This document shows, piece by piece, positions 61,601 through 64,000 of a DNA stretch of 64,000 nt; position 1 is the first letter of the stretch, and every line of letters starts with the position of its first letter. This stretch comes from Chrysemys picta bellii. Lineage: Eukaryota. Under the pieces are notes generated by a model. The model searched no databases. It was not told the DNA's origin and saw only the letters and a program-made list of their open reading frames with translations. A program made the translations under genes and the position numbers. The DNA is taken from NCBI RefSeq assembly GCF_011386835.1, contig NC_088791.1:27714001-27778000 (forward strand), written 5' to 3'.

Positions 61601-64000
61601 GTGGGTGAACGCCATTTCCAATTTACAGTGCTCCCCTTTGGTGTCTCATTAGCCACAAGGGATTTTACCAAATATGTGGGGCTGTTGGCCGCTTACCTCA
61701 GACGTCGAGGGGTCCAGGTCTTCCCATATGTCGACAACTGGCTCATCATAGGCAGGTCCCGGAACCAAGTGCAGAGATGCCTCGAACTGGTGCGTTCAGT
61801 TGCCACGACCTGGGCCTGTTGATAAACGAGAAAAATCCACCTTAAGGCCGGTCCAATTCATAGAGTTCATTGGAGTGGTTCTTGACTCCATGGAAGCCCA
61901 GAACCTTCCTCCCGGAGGCGCGTTTTCAGGCCATGTCTGATCTGATATCCCATGTGAGGAGCTGCCCACTCACCACAGCTCACACCTGTCTGCAGTTGTT
62001 AGGCCACATGGCTGCTGGTATCTATGTGGTCAGTCTTGCTCGGCTCCACCTCCATCCTCTGCAAGCATGTCTGTTGTCAGTCTACACCCCTAACAGACAC
62101 GATCTAGACTGGGTGGTCAGGGTGCCAGATCAAATCCTGTCGTCCCTGGATTGTTGCTTGGACGCTGGGTCGATGTTGCAGGGAGTCCCTTTTGTGACCC
62201 TGTCCCCGTTGTTGACCCAGGTCTCTGATGCTTCAGACCGGGGCTGGAGAGCCCACCTGGGTGAGCTGAGCACCCAGGGCTGATGGGTGTGGGACAATCT
62301 GGCCCTCCACATCGCCAGGGAGCTCAGAGCGGTTCGCCTAGCCTGCCAGGCCTTCTTGCCCCACCTGAGGGGCAAGGTCGTGCAAGTCCTCATGGACAGT
62401 ACCGCCGTGATGTAGTACATCAACAGACAGGGCGGAGCCAGGTCAGCAGCCCTCTGCCAAAAAGCTCTCAACCTTTGGCACTTCTGTGTGCGGCATGCCA
62501 TTCATCTGGTAGCCGCGCACCTGCCTGGCACCAAGAATGTGCTAGCATATCACCTTGGCAGAACCTTATCCTCTCGCTACAAGTGGTCACTCCATCTGGA
62601 GGCAGCCAGTGTGATCTTCTGAAAGTGGGGAACTCCCCAGGTGGATTTGTTCACCTCCTGCCAGAACAGAAAACACCATGTGTTCTGTTCGCTCAAGGGG
62701 GTGGTTCCCTGTCAGATGCTTTCCTACTTCTGTGGTCGGGGCCCTGATATACGCCTTCCCACCAGTGTCGTTGATCCACAGAGTCCTAGTGAAAATCAAG
62801 TGGGACAGGGCGAGGGTTATCCTGATAGCTCCTGAGTGGCGTCGCCAGCACTGGTTCGGCATGCTGCTAGACCTTTCAGTAGCTGAGCCGCTGCAACTCC
62901 CTCTGTGGCCGGACCTGCTGTCTTAGTATCACAGCAGTCTCCTGCACCAGAACCTGGAGGCGCTGTACTTGACAGTGTGGCTGCTGCGTGGCTAACTGCG
63001 GATGAGTGGGCATACTCGACCCAAATGCAACTGATCTTGTTAGGTAGCAGAAAGCCCTCCACCAGAGCGACCTATCAGGCAAAGTGGAAAAGGTTTATGT
63101 TCTGGGCCTTGGATCAGTGTGTCTGGGTCGAACAGGCCTTCCTGCAGGTGATCCTGGACTATCTCCTGCACCTCAAGCTCCAGTGCTTGTCACTGTTGTC
63201 AGTCAGGGTCCACCTGGTTGCTATTTCAGCTTTCCAGCTTCCATCCCAAGGCAGGTCAATCTTCGCTCATGACCAGAAGGCCCGATTTCTGAAAGGTCTG
63301 GACCGTCTTTACCTTCACGTCTGGGATCTGGTCCCTCCCTGGGATTTGAACCTTGTGCTGTCGAGGCTTATGGGACCTCCATTTGAGCCTCTGGCTTCCT
63401 GTTCTCTTCTCCTTCTCTCCTGAAAGGTGGCATTCCTGATGGCAATTACATCCACCCGCAGAGTGTCTGAACTCAGGGCGCTTATGTCAGAGCCGCTCTA
63501 TATGGTGTTCTACAAGGATAAGGTCCAGTTGCAGCCGCAGCCAGCATTCCTGCTCAAGATAGTTTCCCGGTTTCATACCAGCAAGGACATTTTCTTATCG
63601 GTCTTCTTTCCGAAGCCCCATAGTTCTAAAGAGGAGTGCAGGTTATACGCCCTGGATGTCTGGAGGGCGCTGGCCTTTTATATCGACAGGACACGGTCTT
63701 TCCATAAGTCAACGCAACTGTTTGTTGCTGTGGCAGACAGGAAGAAAGGTCGTCCAGTGTCTGCTCAGAGGATTTAGTCCTGGATCACAGCCTACATCCG
63801 ATACTAATACGAGTTCCCAAGTGTGCTTCCACTGATGATAGTCAAGGCGCACTCTACTAGAGCGCAAGAGTCATCAGTGGCCTTCTTGGCTCGGGTGCTG
63901 ATCCAAGAGATCTGTAGAGCTGCTACCTGGTCGTCTGTCCACACGTTTACATCCCATTATGTGCTGACTCAGCAGACCTGGGATGATGCTGGCTTCAGCA
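58623..64000 (+). mobile_element. DIRS-type retrotransposon D, decayed; right end lies beyond the window
   Basis: Left end TTCTTCTTCGAA; gag ATG at 58990 (MPQSPGFKPCADC...CLKCLGESH...CRIC); RT (YAALDLKDIYFHISI, FPYVDNW); RNase H; methyltransferase-like domain (LIYAFPP); recombinase with R (STRRVSEL), HSTR (63850-63861), W and HY (63955-63960). Confidence 0.95.

Overview
This is a eukaryotic, AT-rich window from a cryptodiran turtle genome, inferred from turtle polIII/Cry-type SINEs, CR1 LINEs and turtle-style DIRS elements. It holds the middle of KMT2E (MLL5) on the + strand. Thirteen coding exons with GT-AG boundaries (10359-58400, 2008 nt) join in one open frame. They encode the DHNY HCF-1-binding motif, the PHD finger, the atypical SET domain and the following basic/coiled region. 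The start codon and the C-terminal exons lie outside the window. One expected ~99-nt exon is not visible and probably lies in the N gap at 39473-39604. The introns are dense in transposons. Four decayed DIRS-type tyrosine-recombinase retrotransposons from different subfamilies, all in the gene's sense orientation, make up about 20 kb (about 31% of the window). There are also CR1 and L2 fragments, three Cry-II-like SINEs and one Cry-I-like SINE, hAT and Tc1/mariner MITEs with target-site duplications, a fold-back hAT derivative, a probable Academ transposase fossil and a palindromic element carrying four tRNA-like A/B-box cassettes. The most notable observation concerns the two complete DIRS copies: each internal complementary region (ICR) records a 5' splice-donor motif at the element's right end, and that GT motif is broken in the real, sense-oriented terminus of both. 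No prokaryotic systems, CRISPR arrays or true tRNA/rRNA genes are present. Human exon numbers and lengths are quoted from memory, not from a database search.
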